Shown here: positions 1-14,067 of the stretch, in pieces
How positions within the stretch are numbered: position 1 is the stretch's first letter
How the letters are laid out: each line of letters opens with the position of its first letter
Assembly (NCBI GenBank): GCA_039621445.1
Contig: CP154954.1
Location: 41,409,572 to 41,473,571 of the forward strand
DNA: 64,000 bases
Origin: Euglena gracilis
Taxonomy: Eukaryota
Direction of reading: 5' to 3'
Position numbers and translations under genes: made by a program
The notes under the pieces: generated by a model
The model's database searches: none
Told to the model about the DNA's origin: nothing
The model's input: only the letters and a program-made list of their open reading frames with translations

Positions 1-377
1 CCATGAATGGCCCTCGCCGGAAACTGTCAGGGTCTCGTCAGGGTCCCCGGCACTCACCACCCTGCCGGGTGACAATTTTTTCCGGGGAATTTCCGGGGAG
101 TGCGGGGGGGGGGGGGGGGCAGCGCCCGTGCATGGGACCATTCTCCATCAACTTCTGCCCATGGCCGGATGCCGGGCCAACAAACAGCAGCCTGGCAGCA
201 ACACGAAGCGGCTCTGCCCGGAGGCCCCCTACTTCCGGTTCCGCGCCCCTCGCCAGCAGTACTCCAGCATCGCCACCACCGCCGCCCCCGACCCCGGGGA
301 AGCCACCGCCGCCCCGGCCGTGGGGCAGCCCCACCGGGGAGCTGCGCCCAGAGCGGCGGCAGCCACACGCGCGCGCG

Positions 378-483
<106 letters not shown>

Positions 484-896
484 CGGGGAGAGACAGTGCT
501 GGGTTGAACTGTTGGGCCATGGCGCGGCGTGGGTCAGATCGTTTGAGAAGCTCAGGCAGGTGAAAGTGGGAGGCTGCCACGGCGACGCGCCGCTCTGTCA
601 GCGGCTCCGCCGCCGGCCGCAGGCCGGGACGACAGCCCAAACGCTGCCCGAAAACGAGGAGACGACGGCCAGGAGGACGGGGGGGCTGGGCCACGACGCA
701 CAACCGCAGCCCCCAAAGCCAACGAGGCGGAGGTGTGTGGCTGTCTGCCGGCCACGCCATTGCACTTTGCTTTGCGCCTCAGTGAGCCTCTCCACAACAC
801 GGTGGGCTTTTTTTTTTTGCGTTTTTGCGTCTCAACGTAGTTTCCCCCTTTTTAGCAGCCTTCTTTTTTAAGAGCGCTGGGGGAAGGGGGGTCCAC

Positions 897-1379
897 CAGG
901 GAATTTCTTAAGCCGGAGGGTACCCTACCCCCGGGGGGGGGTCCAGCCAGCCAGCAGCTCAAATCCAGCCAGCAGCCCAAATTTGGGCTGGGAGCCCCCC
1001 CCCCCGGGGGTCAAGTGAAATAAAGTCGGGTCCAGCCCAGCCAGAGGCCGGGCCAGCCGGCCGAAGGCCGGCTGGCCAATTGGGCTACCCAGCTCACCTG
1101 TCACTTCATTTTTCCCCTCATCGCAGCTTCCTCCATCACGGCCCCCCAGCCTTGACCTAGCTCCACCCATCAAAATGTCGAAAATGGCCAAAATGTGTTA
1201 GAAAATTTTGTTTTTCGTCGACCCAGCCCAGCCCAACCCCCTCCAGCCCCGGACCCCCCCCTCCCCCCCACCCCCCGGGGTGGGGGGGGGTCCAGCCAGC
1301 AGCTCAAATCCAGCCAGCAGCCTTTTTGCCAGCCGGAGGCTGGACCCCCCCCCCCGGGGGTTCCTTAAGAAATTCCCTG
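897..1379. mobile_element. hAT-like MITE
   Basis: 16-bp TIRs CAGGGAATTTCTTAAG...CTTAAGAAATTCCCTG and a perfect 8-bp TSD GGGTCCAC (889-896, 1380-1387). Confidence 0.85.
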
Positions 1380-4300
1380 GGGTCCACACTGGGCGGTGCT
1401 AATTGCCCAAAATTATTTTCATTTTTTTGTGTGTTTGGGTTACGCGGGCTTCCGTCTACGATACAACACCGTTTTGGGGGTGATCCTTTTGCAGGTGATG
1501 TTGACAAAATTTTAGGTCATTTTGGGTTTGGTTCAGCATTTTGACAAAAACGGTGCATTTGAAAATTTATGGCCGTTTTGGGGGGCTTTGGGAAACACCC
1601 CCCCCCCCCTGGAAAGTGGAACCCCTTGAGAATTCGAAATTCAAAAAAAAACAGCTGGAGAACACCTGGCCTCCAGACCAGACATTCATTTAGGGTGGTA
1701 CACCAAGGTTGTCATTTCGTGGTTCACTGTAGACACCAAAAAAAATTTTGTGATTCACCTGTGGACACCAAAAAAATTTTTGTGGTTCACCTGTGGACAC
1801 CAAGAAATATTTGTGGTTCATATGTGGACACCAAATATTTGGGTCAAAAAATCGATTTTTATAAAATTTCTCGAAAGTGCTGGGGAGTCAAAGGAAACCT
1901 CCGTCGACCTGAGTTGAAGCCCCTTTGAAGCTCTATCTAACGGTATTTTGATTTCCCCGCAACTCCCCGCCCAGCCCGAGTTACGGCCATTTTTTCGGCC
2001 AATTTGGGCCATTTTGTACGTTTTGGCCTGTTTTGACTTGGCCGTTTTAGGCCATTTTTGGTTTTAAAAAAAATCGAAAAATTCGAGAGAAATGTGAAAA
2101 ATAAAACTTTGCCCGAAACGATGTTTCCCGGACCCGGAAGAACTGTTTTTGAGTCGAAAATGAGCACTTTTCGACCCCCCGCCCCCCCCCCCCGTTTTTG
2201 GCCTGGAACCCATGCATTTGGGTGCAAATTTTTATATTGAGCCTTAAGAGGGTCCTAAAATACCGGGGGGGACTTGTACGGGAAAAAATGTTGTGGGAAA
2301 AATTCTGGACGAAATTTTGTCCAGGATTTTCCCCGCCTTTTTAAGGATCCGTCCAGGATTTTTCCCGGCAGATTTAAGGAAAGTCCAATTTCCTCCAGTG
2401 AATGACCCCCCAAAAAAAAATCTTCGGCGCTGCGCGCCGATTTGCAGCAGGAATATTTAGTTTTCTTGCGGTGCAGCTGAGGTATGGCAGGAAGCACCCA
2501 TCAAAGTCAACCATCCATTTTTGCGGTAACCAGTTGGCAAAGTGTGACAGTATCGGCAAAGTGGGCCGCCCTGGTTTGATGACGCAGTCGGAAACTTGGA
2601 CCCAACTTTATTTCACTCGACCCCCCCCCCCCGGGGGGGCTCCCGACCCCGATTTGGGCTGCTGGCTGGATTTGAGCTGCTGGCTGGCTAGACCTCCCCC
2701 GATGGATGGGGTCCCCTGCCCCCCAATAAAAGCACAATAGAAGCAGGCAAACAGTGCAAACGCACCTCCACCCCCCAGGGCAGAATGGGAAGGCGAGTCG
2801 ACCCCCCCACCCACCACAGCATTTTCACCAATTTCGGGATTTTGGCCAGAAAAATTTTTTTGAAACCTCTGCCTTGCCACCCCCCCCCCGCCAAAAAATG
2901 TCGGTCCACAACCCGGCCATAATATTAAACAGTTTTCCTCTCAATTTTGATGATCCAGCTCAATATTCAAGTCAAGCAGCACCAAAATTATAAAAAAGGG
3001 AAATCGTTAAAAAGGGGTGAGTTGCTGTCCTTCTTTGACACAGTGTATTGTTTCCGCACACCTCATGTCGACGGCACATTCTCGGAACATCAGCATGTTT
3101 GGGACAGGGGGGGGGGGGCGTTGGACAGAGGGGAGGCACCTCCCTGATTTTCATTTGATTCCCCAGTGAGAAGGGCATTTTCATTTGTGACCAGGATCAA
3201 CATAACAAACAATACAATGCTGCTGTACCAAAAAACATTCAAAAGCTTGTGGTGAAGCTTTCCAGAGAACAACATTCCAAAAATCCTCAAAAAAACTTAC
3301 AAAGCCGAAGGGATGTTGGGTCCTGGACAGGGGAGAATGCGGGTGGGGGTGATCACCAAACCAAATTGTGTTCTGTGACGGGACTGGGCATGAGATCAAT
3401 TGGGGGAAAGAGGGAGATGCTGGAAGCTTCACACTGTGGGAGGAGATTGCGCAGAATGACCTGGTGGGGGGGGGGGGAGGTGGAATGGCGGGTGAAACAC
3501 TCAGTCTTCCACCTTGAGGGATGAGTTTGAAGCCAAGCCCTGGGCTCTCAGCAGCCCTGGTGGTGAGGGACGTCGTGCGCCAGAGTCAGGCTGTTAGGAG
3601 GTCAGCTCAGTGGACACATGCAAGAAAAAATGCGGGGCAGAAATGCTGGCAACAGCATTGGCTTGAGGCGAGGAACGGAGACGGCAGGCGGCTTGCCCAC
3701 AAAAACTTGCCATGAAATTGCTTATTGTTTGGATGACTAGCCAAGCCTCAGGAAAAAAAATGTGCAAAATAGGCAAAGAATGCGCATTTTTGGGGGGAAA
3801 TCTGAAAAAAAAAGTGCAAAAATGCGTAAACGTGCGCAAAAATGTGCCGCACAATCCCCCCCGCTACCACTTTAAAAAAAAAAACCTTCCTCAACCTTCC
3901 GAGGTTCATACGGGAAGGGGGGAATGGCAAACAGTAGAGACCAAATTATTATATATCAGTCGCTTCGGACCTGAATCCAAACCAAGACTGCATCGGGGTC
4001 CTGGGACAAAAAATAAGCTCCGAGCAAAAAAAGGGGGGATCAATCAGTAAGCCCTCCCCAAATGAGGAAACCCGAGCGAGCGCAATCGCATGACAATGAG
4101 CCAGAACACTTCGGCCTTGTATCAGCAACAATGCTGCCGCAACTAGGCTGTTTGTGCGTTTCTGATATCTGTTTGATCAGTATGGGGCAAAATCATCAAA
4201 ATCAAAGGAAAGGGCATTTTATTCTTTCCAAGACATGATGTAAAAAAGTGCACTCCAAAAAGTCCCACTAGCGCTGGCAAAGTCCAACCTGGCAAGCACC

Positions 4301-6925
4301 GTTGCCGGGTCGTCCGCCTGGGCTGAGGGTAAAACGGGGGCTGAGAGGCGGTGGGTTGGAACAGGCGTGCAGTGGGCCATGCACTCCAACGAAGTGCGGC
4401 CGTGGCCGAAACAGACTAACGACGGCCAGCGTCGCTGTCTGGCCCAAACTTTATGGCATTGGTGAGTGCAGCTTGTGCAACGTTGTGCGGTTCCTCCCAT
4501 TTCTGTGCTGGCCGAGGCCAACATATGCATCTGTGAAATCCCGTGAATTTCAGTGAATTTTCCATTTTTAAAAAGGTTGAATGCCACATTCCATTCTGCA
4601 CCGCAGCCATTTTCTTTGAAACACAGCCTGGACAACAACTGAAGCCAATTCCGATTGACACCCGAATTTGGCCGGAACTTTCATTGCACCCCCAAAATGT
4701 TTATGATCGTATGCAGGGGTTTTCCCACAAAAAAACCAAAGCAAAAAATCCTTGTTTGCATGCCCAGAGCTGTCAGTCCACTCATCGGTTCCTATCCAAA
4801 CCTGTACGTGAAAATGGAATTCGTTCAAAATGAAGCGAAAAGCACAAAAACAACCTTTTGTCTTCATTTGCTTTTATTGCACACATCAGTGGGGGGGGGG
4901 GGGGCAGTGGGCACCAATTTTTGCAATACCTCCTTGATTGTATTTTTGACTACTGATTTTTGGGTAGTATTTTACACAATGTGGAACTCGTCCACAGCAA
5001 CAGATGCCCAGGCACCAATCATCAAACAACAATCCTGCCCGAAAACCCATTTTCTGCAACGCCTTTAATTTCTTTTCAGCCCTCAGTCTGTTGCTGTCTG
5101 CGGGGTGGCAACAAGGCTGGGCTGGTTCACATCAAAGAAGCGTGGAAGAGCAGCGAAGGCAACAAACACCCAGTGGTCCAAAGGATCAGGGGGCAAGAGA
5201 GCAGCAGCAAGGGCACTGCACAGGCTGCTGGCACGGGAACTGCCGGTGCTCAACATCCAGCGGGGGCGCGATCACGGCCTGCCAGGCTCATGGAATATCG
5301 CTGTACGCGCGCCTTTATTATTATTACGCGCCTTTGTTTTATTTCGAGTGCGTGGTGGCATTTCAGCAGCGAACAGCATGAAATGGAACACTTTTTGGCC
5401 TGGAACAAATTGATTGCCTTTTTGAGATTTTCATTGCATTTGCAGTCCAGGAAACTCCTGATACTCCCCTCTCCAGTCAAAAGGAGGGGACCCCCAACCA
5501 AAATAGTGGCCAAAGTGGACCATTTTCGGTGCTTTGCACTGGGTAGAAAATTTCTTCCCCCCCCCCCCGCCCAAAAATCAACCCGGAATACCATTTTGGG
5601 CACTCTTGGGGGGCAGCAATTCGAAACACAACAGTGAATTCTGACCTCATTGGAGGGGGTCCCGGGTGCCCTGGGAATCGCATTGGACCCCATGGCAGGT
5701 GGGGGGAGGGCGGTCCAGACCCCCCCCTGTGGTCAAGGGGGGGGGGACACCCCTCCCACCCTGACGCACTCCTTAAATTCAACCCTAATTACCCTAATTC
5801 AACCCCTGGGAGGCCACAGCTGCACATACACCACAATATCCACTGGACAGCATGGGGATTATACGCAAACAACGTGGTCAGCAATTCAGATATTTCTTCC
5901 ACGGTGACACCTTGCTGCGCGGGGGGGGGGGGGGGGCAGCATGGCAGCAGCCTCTCTGTGGCAAGGGCGGCAGGTCAGGGGCCACTCCCAGCCCATCCCC
6001 CCCTGTCTGTACAAAGGTTGACGGCATGCTCGACTGCACCAAAGAGGAGGGGTATCGTTCCTGTGGCCTGGTGGGCGGGACTGCGTTTGGCAGGTGGGTG
6101 GCAGCACGGACTCGGTGGCTGGGGCTCAGATGTAATTGGTGGAGGGATGACTGACACACCTACCCCCCCCCAAGTTTACTGTCATCTGACAGGTCGTCCA
6201 GTACTGGGTACCCTGACACTCTCTATGATGAGAGGTTGGCCGGTGATGGAGAAAGGAAAGATTTCCCGGGTGGCTCCCTGACAGGTTCTAAGGCATGGCA
6301 TGTTCTAAAGCAGTTTCTCGGGGGGGAGGTAAGGTATCGTATGCGGAGGAAAGGGGTTGCTTCGCTCATCACCAGATGTACAGGAAATCCAGCATGAGCC
6401 ATTTTTGGTCCGGTTTTTGGACCCCCTGCATGATCCCTGAGGGCTGTTTGCGCCCCCAATCCAACACACTCGCATTCATTCATTTCTTCAAGGACCTGGG
6501 GGGTTGATTGCAGCATCCAGGGGGGGGGGGGCTACCCCTCCCGGCCCATCGGCCTGGGTATGTTGGTCCCAACAGGCCGGGTAAGTTTGACCCCAATGGC
6601 CAAGAGGGGCCAACAAGCCGCCAAGCCAAAATGCCTCTAAAAACGGGGTCCATGCAGGCCCCCACAGACTGGGGGAGGGGGCTTTGGAGGGCCATATTTG
6701 CCCCAACGGCTGGGGGGGGGGGCGATAAGCCAGGGGGGGGGGGGTATTCAGAAGCCCATTTCGAGATGAGCATTTGGTGGCTGCCACTCTGTCAATGGCT
6801 GGCCCTGAGCGTGAAATGCACCCGAGCCAATCCTGGCCGGGGATAGGGGAAGACACTGGGTGTCTGCTTCTAGGGGTGACCAGGGGCAGTGCAGGTCTGT
6901 GGCTTGGGTCAAGCCAGGCTGCAAC

Positions 6926-7159
6926 CAGGGGTTTTTTTAAGACCGGGGTCCCCCTCCCCACCCACCCACCCACCCACCCCCTGGGCCCCCCCCCCCCCCC
7001 GGGGGACCCACTGACTTTTCCTGAACGGCCAAAAAAAATCGCGAAAAAAGCTAAAAATAGCACATTATTCAAAAAACTTTTGGCGCCAAAGGCGCCGAAA
7101 AGTATATCCCACCCTCCCACCCTGCCCCCCCCCGGTCCAAGACTAAAAAAAAGCCCCTG
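6926..7159. mobile_element. hAT-like MITE
   Basis: Termini CAGGGGTTTTTTT...AAAAAAAAGCCCCTG and a perfect 8-bp TSD GCTGCAAC (6918-6925, 7160-7167). Confidence 0.82.
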
Positions 7160-8416
7160 GCTGCAACAGGGCCGCCTGAGGGGGCACCGCCATTGGTGGC
7201 CTGGCTTGCGGCGGGGACGAGGGAACAGTCGCCAGGGGTTGGAGGTCGGTGGGGGCGCCGCAGAGCCCGGAACCCCTGGAACGCTCCCCGCTTTGTCTGC
7301 CAACCAGTTCAAACGCTCAGGCGGCAACAAAAACTGCCAAACCTGCCAAAAGGCGGGTTTGGCAAAAAAAAACAAGAAACCTGCCGAGGGGCGGGCCGGC
7401 CAGGGGGGTTGGGGTTGGGAGCGCCCGGGTGGTACTCCCGACCATACAATTGCTTACCGACCCCCGGGGGGGGGGGAGGGGGGGTCACTCCACTTTTTTT
7501 AAAAACCAGTCAGTCACTCTGAAAAAACCAGTCACCCACCCCCGGGGGGGGGGGTCGGTCAGTGCTTAAGCAATTGCCTGCTCCCAACCCCCCCTGTGTG
7601 CACTGTGGCTGATTGTTTGGTGCCTTTTATCCCTTCTTCCTGCCTGGCACTGTTTTCCGCCTCTGGCCCTTTTTGCCTGTGTACGTGGAGGTGGCTCCGC
7701 CCCAACCCCCCTCGGGGGGGGGGGGGCGGGGGCTGGGGGACCCACTTTTGGGGGTCAATTTTGAGGTCAAAAAAAAGGTCAAAAATGAGGCCGAAAATGG
7801 CCAAAACCCCACCTCCAGCGTGGGACCCACAAGGTCCTTGTGGGTGCCCCCAGGGGGAGGGAGGGGTCCGGCAGACCAACCCTACTCTCCCCCCCAGCGG
7901 TGAAACTGGGCCGGACTGACCGGGGGATCGATCCAGGGAGAAATCTTCAACCACTCAGAAACCTCAAACTCCTCTCCTCTGAATTACCCCCAACCCCGGG
8001 CTCATGCTATCGTCTGAAATGGAGGGAGAGAGTTTCGAAACTTTCGGGGCGGAAACCCTTCATTCATCAATGTGAACGATGGCATGAAACTGCTATGAAT
8101 TCCAAAAATGCCCTCCCCACCAAAAGGGTCGTGGGCTCCATACAGGCTCCGTGGTGGCTGAGGACGATCGTCCATGATACAGGTCACCCATACCACAGCG
8201 TAGAGAAGCCCCCCCTGTTGGGTCGGCATATGTGCAGCAATGGAACAGAGAGAGCGGGAGTGGACAGCCAAATCCCATAATAATTTTATACTTCTGGCTC
8301 AAAAGTATATTATGGATGGGGGGAAAATGATCAACAAAACAAGAGGGATCCCACAACATAGGGGCCTGAATTCCTGGCCAAACTGTTCCAAATAATGACA
8401 GCTGTCCTTTGAAAAT

Positions 8417-8672
8417 CCCCCCCCCCTCTTGTTGAAGACATGCCAATGTTCCAGGAAAGTGGCGGCATTGACACGGGGGCAGGGGGGGGGGGGGAGCATT
8501 CATGGCACATGTTATATCACATGAAAAGACGGTAAAAAAAAAAACTAAAAAAATATGCATAAAAAATTAAAAAAAGTTAAAAATGTAATATGGCCAATAT
8601 CCCCGTTTTCCTGAAATCGGTGAAAATGCTGTGGGTGGGGGGGTCGACCCACCTCCTGCCGGGGGGGGGGGG

Positions 8673-8706
<34 letters not shown>

Positions 8707-9142
8707 CTGTGCTTGCTATGGGCAGGCACACACAGGGGTTGCCAATTCAACAGCTTTCCCCCCTTTCCACCTTTTCCCTGGGGCCCTGAAGAAAACCCTG
8801 ACCACCGGTACTCCTTTGTGAGCAGCGTGCGAGGCTGCTGGCCGGGAGCTGTCTGTTCCTCTCGTGGGTTTGAGTCGCCCTGTGTTGCGGTGAAGGTTTT
8901 CACCTGGCAAGGAGCATCTACATTTTTCGATGGACATTTTTTTGGCACCACTTTTTTGGGGTTCTTTTGCTATTACATTTTTAACTTTTTTTTAATTTTT
9001 TATGCATATTTTTTTAGTTTTTTTTTTTACCGTCTTTTCATGTGATATAAATTGTGCCATGAAAGCTCCCCCCCCCCCCTGCCCCCGTGTCAATGCCGCC
9101 ACTTTCCTGGAACATTGGCATGTCTTCAACAAGAGGGGGGGG
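8417..9142. repeat. Long inverted repeat (foldback-like), ~175-bp arms
   Basis: 8417-8590 is the near-perfect reverse complement of 8971-9142. Confidence 0.85.
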
Positions 9143-9329
9143 GTGAAAAAAAACACAGGTCAAAAAAGTGGACAAAATTTTGGCACAGTCAAATTTTACT
9201 GACATTTTTTCTCGTTGAAATTTTTTGGACTTGGCATTTTTTTTGCTTCAAAAACCTCTCAAAATCAACAAATGTGAAAAAATGGGGTTTTGGGGGGTTT
9301 TTGGGGGACCCCCTAAACGGGTCCCAAAA

Positions 9330-9530
9330 ATGGGTCAAAAAAACACCCGGCGCCGAAGGCACCGGAAAAAAATTTTCGGGTCCAAAAATTGGTGCTCCCA
9401 GAAATACGGGAAGAGGTGGGTGGGGGGTGGTCGACCCCCCCCCCCACCCACCACAGGGGGGGGGGGGGTGGTCGACCCCCCCCACCCACCACCCTGGCTG
9501 TTCGGCCGACTCCCGTTCTGCCCTGCCCCC
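9330..9530. repeat. Dispersed GC-rich repeat (GGTCGACCCCCC family)
   Basis: Similar copy at ~58110-58325; fragments at ~2770-2830 and ~8610-8660. Confidence 0.65.
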
Positions 9531-10624
9531 CCCCGGGGGGGGGGGGTTGCTTCTAGTCCCTGGTGCCTGCTGACCAAGCCAATTTCCCCTTGAAAATGGC
9601 CATTTTTGGGGCCCGAGAGCCGAAGGCGCTGGGGGGGGGGGGTGCCACAACACTACCCACCCCAAACCCTGGCCCCCCGGTCGAAAGTGGGGGGTCGCAC
9701 TTTCTTAAATGGCAGCCGATTGGACCTGGTTGGTGCCCCCGAAACCTGGCGCAAAGGGCCGAAACCTGGCGCAAAAGGCCAAACCCAATTTGGCCGGGAA
9801 AAAGTGGCTGGCTGGATCCCAGGGGTGGGATCCCCTTAGTTGCACTGAGGCTTCTTGTCTGTTTATGGCCGGCGCCAACTTCGCTTCTGGCCCGGTTTGC
9901 TGTGGTAAGTGGATGGGGTCCCCTCCGGCGCAAGACACCCCCTCCGGCGCAAGACGCCCCCTGATCGGCGAGCCAGCAGAAAGCAGGAGACGGGCCACAC
10001 CGCACCGCCAGAGGTCAACGACACAGAGCTTTGCAGTGGTAGGCAAAGGCAGGGGCTTGGCGGTGCTCCGGCGGTCCCCCCCCAGCCTCGTGGGCCGCCA
10101 GGTTTTTCACGCACTTCGGCAAACGTAAAAAAAATCACCTCCCCCCAAATGCTCTTACCCCCCCCTATGTCCAATGACCGGTAACCTCTGTCCTCTGACC
10201 GGGGGGGTGGTCGTTGGACATAGGGTAGTGACCAAAAAGGTGTCCTCTGACCGGGGGGGGGGGGTGGTCGTTGGACATGGGGTCAAAAGAAAGTTGGTGG
10301 GTACCCGGGTCCCTACCCACCCAAAAATGCCCAAATTTTCCCTTCCGGCGCTTCGTGCCGAAAATTTTGGGCAACTTTGACAAATTTTTGTCCAAAAAGT
10401 GTCAAAAATGGCATTTTGGCCAAATTTTTGGCCAATTTTTGGGCAAAATTTTTCGTCCCGGCGCTTCACGCCGGGACCAAAAATTTGGTCAAACCTCTGA
10501 AAAGGTGTCCTCTGACCGGGGGGGGTGGTCATTGGACATAGGGGGGGTCGTTGGACATAGGGGGGGGGGGGTAGGGTCTGGTAGAGGGTCCCGAATGGGA
10601 GGTGGTGGTCCCCAAGGTTTGACC

Positions 10625-11081
10625 CAGGGTTCGATATAAGGACAGGTGGGGGGGGGGGGACCGGACCCCCCCCTGCGGGCGAGGAGGGGGGGGGGGGGCG
10701 GGGGGGGGGACAACCCCCCCACCTGGAAACAGTGGTGCGCGGTCAGGGTGGCCGAATTTTCGGCCCGGCTTTGCGAAGCGCCGGGCCGAAAAAAAAATTT
10801 TGACCCCCCCCCCCAAAACGACCAAAGTGCCATTTTGGGCACTTTGGGGCAAAAATGTGCCAAAAATGCAAAAAAGTTTCGGCGCGAAGCGCCGGAGCAA
10901 AAAATTGACCCTTTTTGAGGGGGGGGCAATTTTTGTCAACGCGGGTCGGTCCGGACCCCCCTTGCAGGTGGGGGGGGGGGGGGGGTCGGGGCAACCCCTG
11001 CGGGCCAGGAGGGGGGGGGGGGGGGGGGGGGGACACCCCCCCCCACCTAAACCATGTACGCCCTCCTTATATCGAACCCTG
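10625..11081. mobile_element. hAT-like MITE
   Basis: 18-bp TIRs CAGGGTTCGATATAAGGA...TCCTTATATCGAACCCTG and a perfect TSD GTTTGACC (10617-10624, 11082-11089); a diverged sibling starts at ~11123. Confidence 0.87.
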
Positions 11082-11524
11082 GTTTGACCCCGAAGGTCCC
11101 CAAGGTAAAGTCACCCCCCAAGCAGGGTTCGATATCAGGGCAGGGGGGGGGGGGTCCCACCCCCCGGTCCAGAAAAGGGGGCTGGGGGGGACAACCCCCT
11201 CTCCTGGGCAGTGGTGCAGTCTAGGTGACCAAAACTTGGCCCGTTGCTTTGCGCCGGGCCGAAAAAAAATTGCCCCCCCCCCAAAAACGGCCAAACGTGT
11301 CATTTTGGGCACCTTTGGGGCAAGAAATGTCAAAAATGCCAAAGGTTGAAGTGCCGGACGGAAAAATTTGACCTCTTGGGGGGTTCCGGGTTCCCCTCCG
11401 GGTCGGTCCAGACCCCCCCTTGGCAGGTTGGAGGGGGGGGGGGGGTAGGGTGGTCCGGACAACCCCTCTGGTCCAGGAGGGGGGGGTCACCCCGCCTCCT
11501 CGATTTCGCAATTTGTGTCCGTGG

Positions 11525-11670
11525 CCCCAAGTCCAATGAACACTAACGTGACAATCCAGACGGTCCGGATGGGGGACGTTCATTGGGCATGGGTTGGATG
11601 GCCATTGTATTGAAAGGGGAAAATCAGATGGTCCGGGCACTGTTCATTGGGCAAGGGGGTTCATCGCATG
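11525..11670. repeat. Dispersed repeat, diverged copy at ~53330-53475
   Basis: Shared CCCAAG(T/C)CCAATGAA...GGTCCGGA...GGGGACGTTCA...TTGGGCAAGGGG. Confidence 0.6.
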
Positions 11671-12680
11671 GGGAGGCCAGTTAGTTGGTCTGTTAGTTGG
11701 TGTGTGCTGTCAACGTCATCGCCAAGGGGAGGGGTCAGGGTATTAAGTGAGCGGGACGAGTGGGGGGGGGGGGGTCTGGACCCCAGACCCCTCCCCTCTG
11801 TGCAAAAAATATTTCCGGCGCAAAATGCTAGGAAATTGAAAACGCCCAAAGGTCGCATGTTCGCACGTTTTTTTGAAAAATCGGCCAAACATACACCAAT
11901 TTTTTTCGGGTTCCAGGGGGGGGGGTGGGGGGGGGGGTCAACCACACCCACCATTGCACCCCGCACAAAGAAAATTCCTTCGGCGTATTCCCCGCCGAAG
12001 GAGATCCTTCACCTACCCGCCCCCCCTTGTCGTACGACCGGGTTCCTGCAACCTGTGACCGGGGACGGGGGGTCGTAACACCCTGCAACCTGCGACCGGG
12101 GGGTGGTTGTAAATGAGGGGGCAGTTGTAGGTAAGGTGGTGTTAAAAGTTATGCAACCTGCAACCTGTGACCGGGGGGGGGGGTCATAACACCTCCATGA
12201 CCTGCAACCTGTGACCGGGGGTGGTCGTAAATGAGGGGTGGTTGTACGACAAGGGGCGGGGGGCGGGTAATTGCGTCCCAGAAACATGGGAAGGCCTGGT
12301 GGGGGGTCTGACCCCCCCGCTCACCAGGATGGGGGTGGGGTCGACCCCAAGCTTGTGCTTAGTCGAGTGCCTACCCTACGCGGAGGGTTCTAGGAGCAGG
12401 CACCCTATATCACCCCATCCGACCCCCCAGGGGGGTCGGTTTTGGGGTGGCCTGCCCACAGCAGGCACCCCCCTCCGACCCCGGCACCGCCACCCCCGAA
12501 ACCCTTCCCCAGGGGGGGGGTCGGCAGGGGTGCTTGCCCCCTGGCACCCCCCCGGGGTGGGGTAGGCACCCGACTAACAAAAGGCCTGACCCGGACCCTC
12601 CCCCAGCCTGAAGAGGGGGGATGGACTGGACCCCCTCTGGACAAAACTAACTCGCAGTTGGCACCCTGGGGAGGTGGGAG

Positions 12681-12983
12681 CAGGCTGTTTTTTACCAACC
12701 CCAGGAGGGGGGAGGGGGGGTCCGGAGTGCCTTGGGGTGCCTGCCCAGGCAGGCACCCCCCCCCCCGGGGTCGGATTTCGGCCTGTGCCCAGGCACATTC
12801 CTTTGAAAATAGGCCATTTTTGGCTCCCTGGTGCCTTCGGCGGCTGGGTCTGTGCTAGGGCACTTTTGGCCGTGTGCCCTACCCCCCCCCCGGGGGGGGT
12901 CGGATTTTTGTGCCTTGGAGTGCCTGCCCAGGCAGGCACCCCCCCCCCGGGTGGGGTCGGCACCACCTTGAAAAAACAGCCTG
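12681..12983. mobile_element. hAT-like MITE with internal duplication
   Basis: TIRs CAGGCTGTTTTTT...AAAAAACAGCCTG; imperfect flanking duplication GGTGGGAG/GTGGGGAG. Confidence 0.65.
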
Positions 12984-13987
12984 GTGGGGAGGGGGTACAG
13001 TGCTAAGCAAAGAAGAGGGTTCAATGGTCGGCAATGCAAAAGGGATGAAAAATTCAGAAAAAATACGACAACGAGGCGGAACATTGACACCTCGGAACAC
13101 TGCCAGGTCGTCACACACAGAGGGGGCGTCGAAAAGAAAGCGGACTCCTACACAAGACAATTTGAAAAGCCGCCGTTCTTGCAAATCTGCATTCCTTCTG
13201 TGGCTTTTTTTTTGAAAGCTGGTGGGTTGGGTTGGGATTGGAGAAGCGCGGGGGGAGGTGGCGTAAGAGCTAAGCTTGCAAACAGAAAAGGCCACCCTTG
13301 ACCCCTCATGCTCTCCCCTTTTGGAAATAAGCCAGGGAATGCGGTCAAAATAAGATGGCAAAGTGGCTCAAAATACCCCTGTGACACAAGTTTCGGCAAA
13401 TTTTTGTCAAGGCCTGTTTTGCAAAGCTTGGCCGTATGAAAAATAGCATTAGGTTTGGGATTTTGCATTCCTGTTGGGTGGATGCACTTCCCAGGCGATG
13501 ATGAGTGCCCTCAAGACACCAAAGCAACAAAGTTGACACCAAGTGGCCAAATTGCACTTTTGGGCTCAGTCAATGGCAACTGTAACTGTGGCACCAAAAA
13601 AGTGGGGGCCTTGCCAAGCCAAGAAAACTGAATAGGGAGGCAGGACGGTCCCCGTGCCTTCCGAGGGGTTGTTTCTACCCCTCCCATTGGCTCATGGGAA
13701 TGGGATGAAAATGCTGGTGGTCAAAACCGACGAGATGGGATCACAGCAAATGAGGGGTCATCGGCCTTCGTAGGCTTCCAAAAAACGGCGGGGCGGGAGG
13801 AAGATGCCAGGGCCGCACAGCTGCTGACCGTCACCTGCGTTTCAGCAAACTTGGGATCTCTGTACAGACTGGCCCTGGGGAGGAGGAGAGGTTCCTGGCA
13901 GAGGGGGTCATGCAATGGTGCCCACCAATGGCAGAACTCTCCACAACCAACCAAAACTGCAGCCAGTGAGCTGGAACCAAAGTTTTC

Positions 13988-14063
<76 letters not shown>
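13988..14063. repeat. (CA)n microsatellite
   Basis: Directly visible. Confidence 0.97.

Positions 14064-14067
<4 letters not shown>

Noticed and set aside
8820-8890. tRNA gene suggested by a T-arm-like GGGTTTGAGTC (similar motifs at ~7920 and ~57540)
   Set aside because: I could not fold a cloverleaf; at most tRNA-derived SINE remnants.
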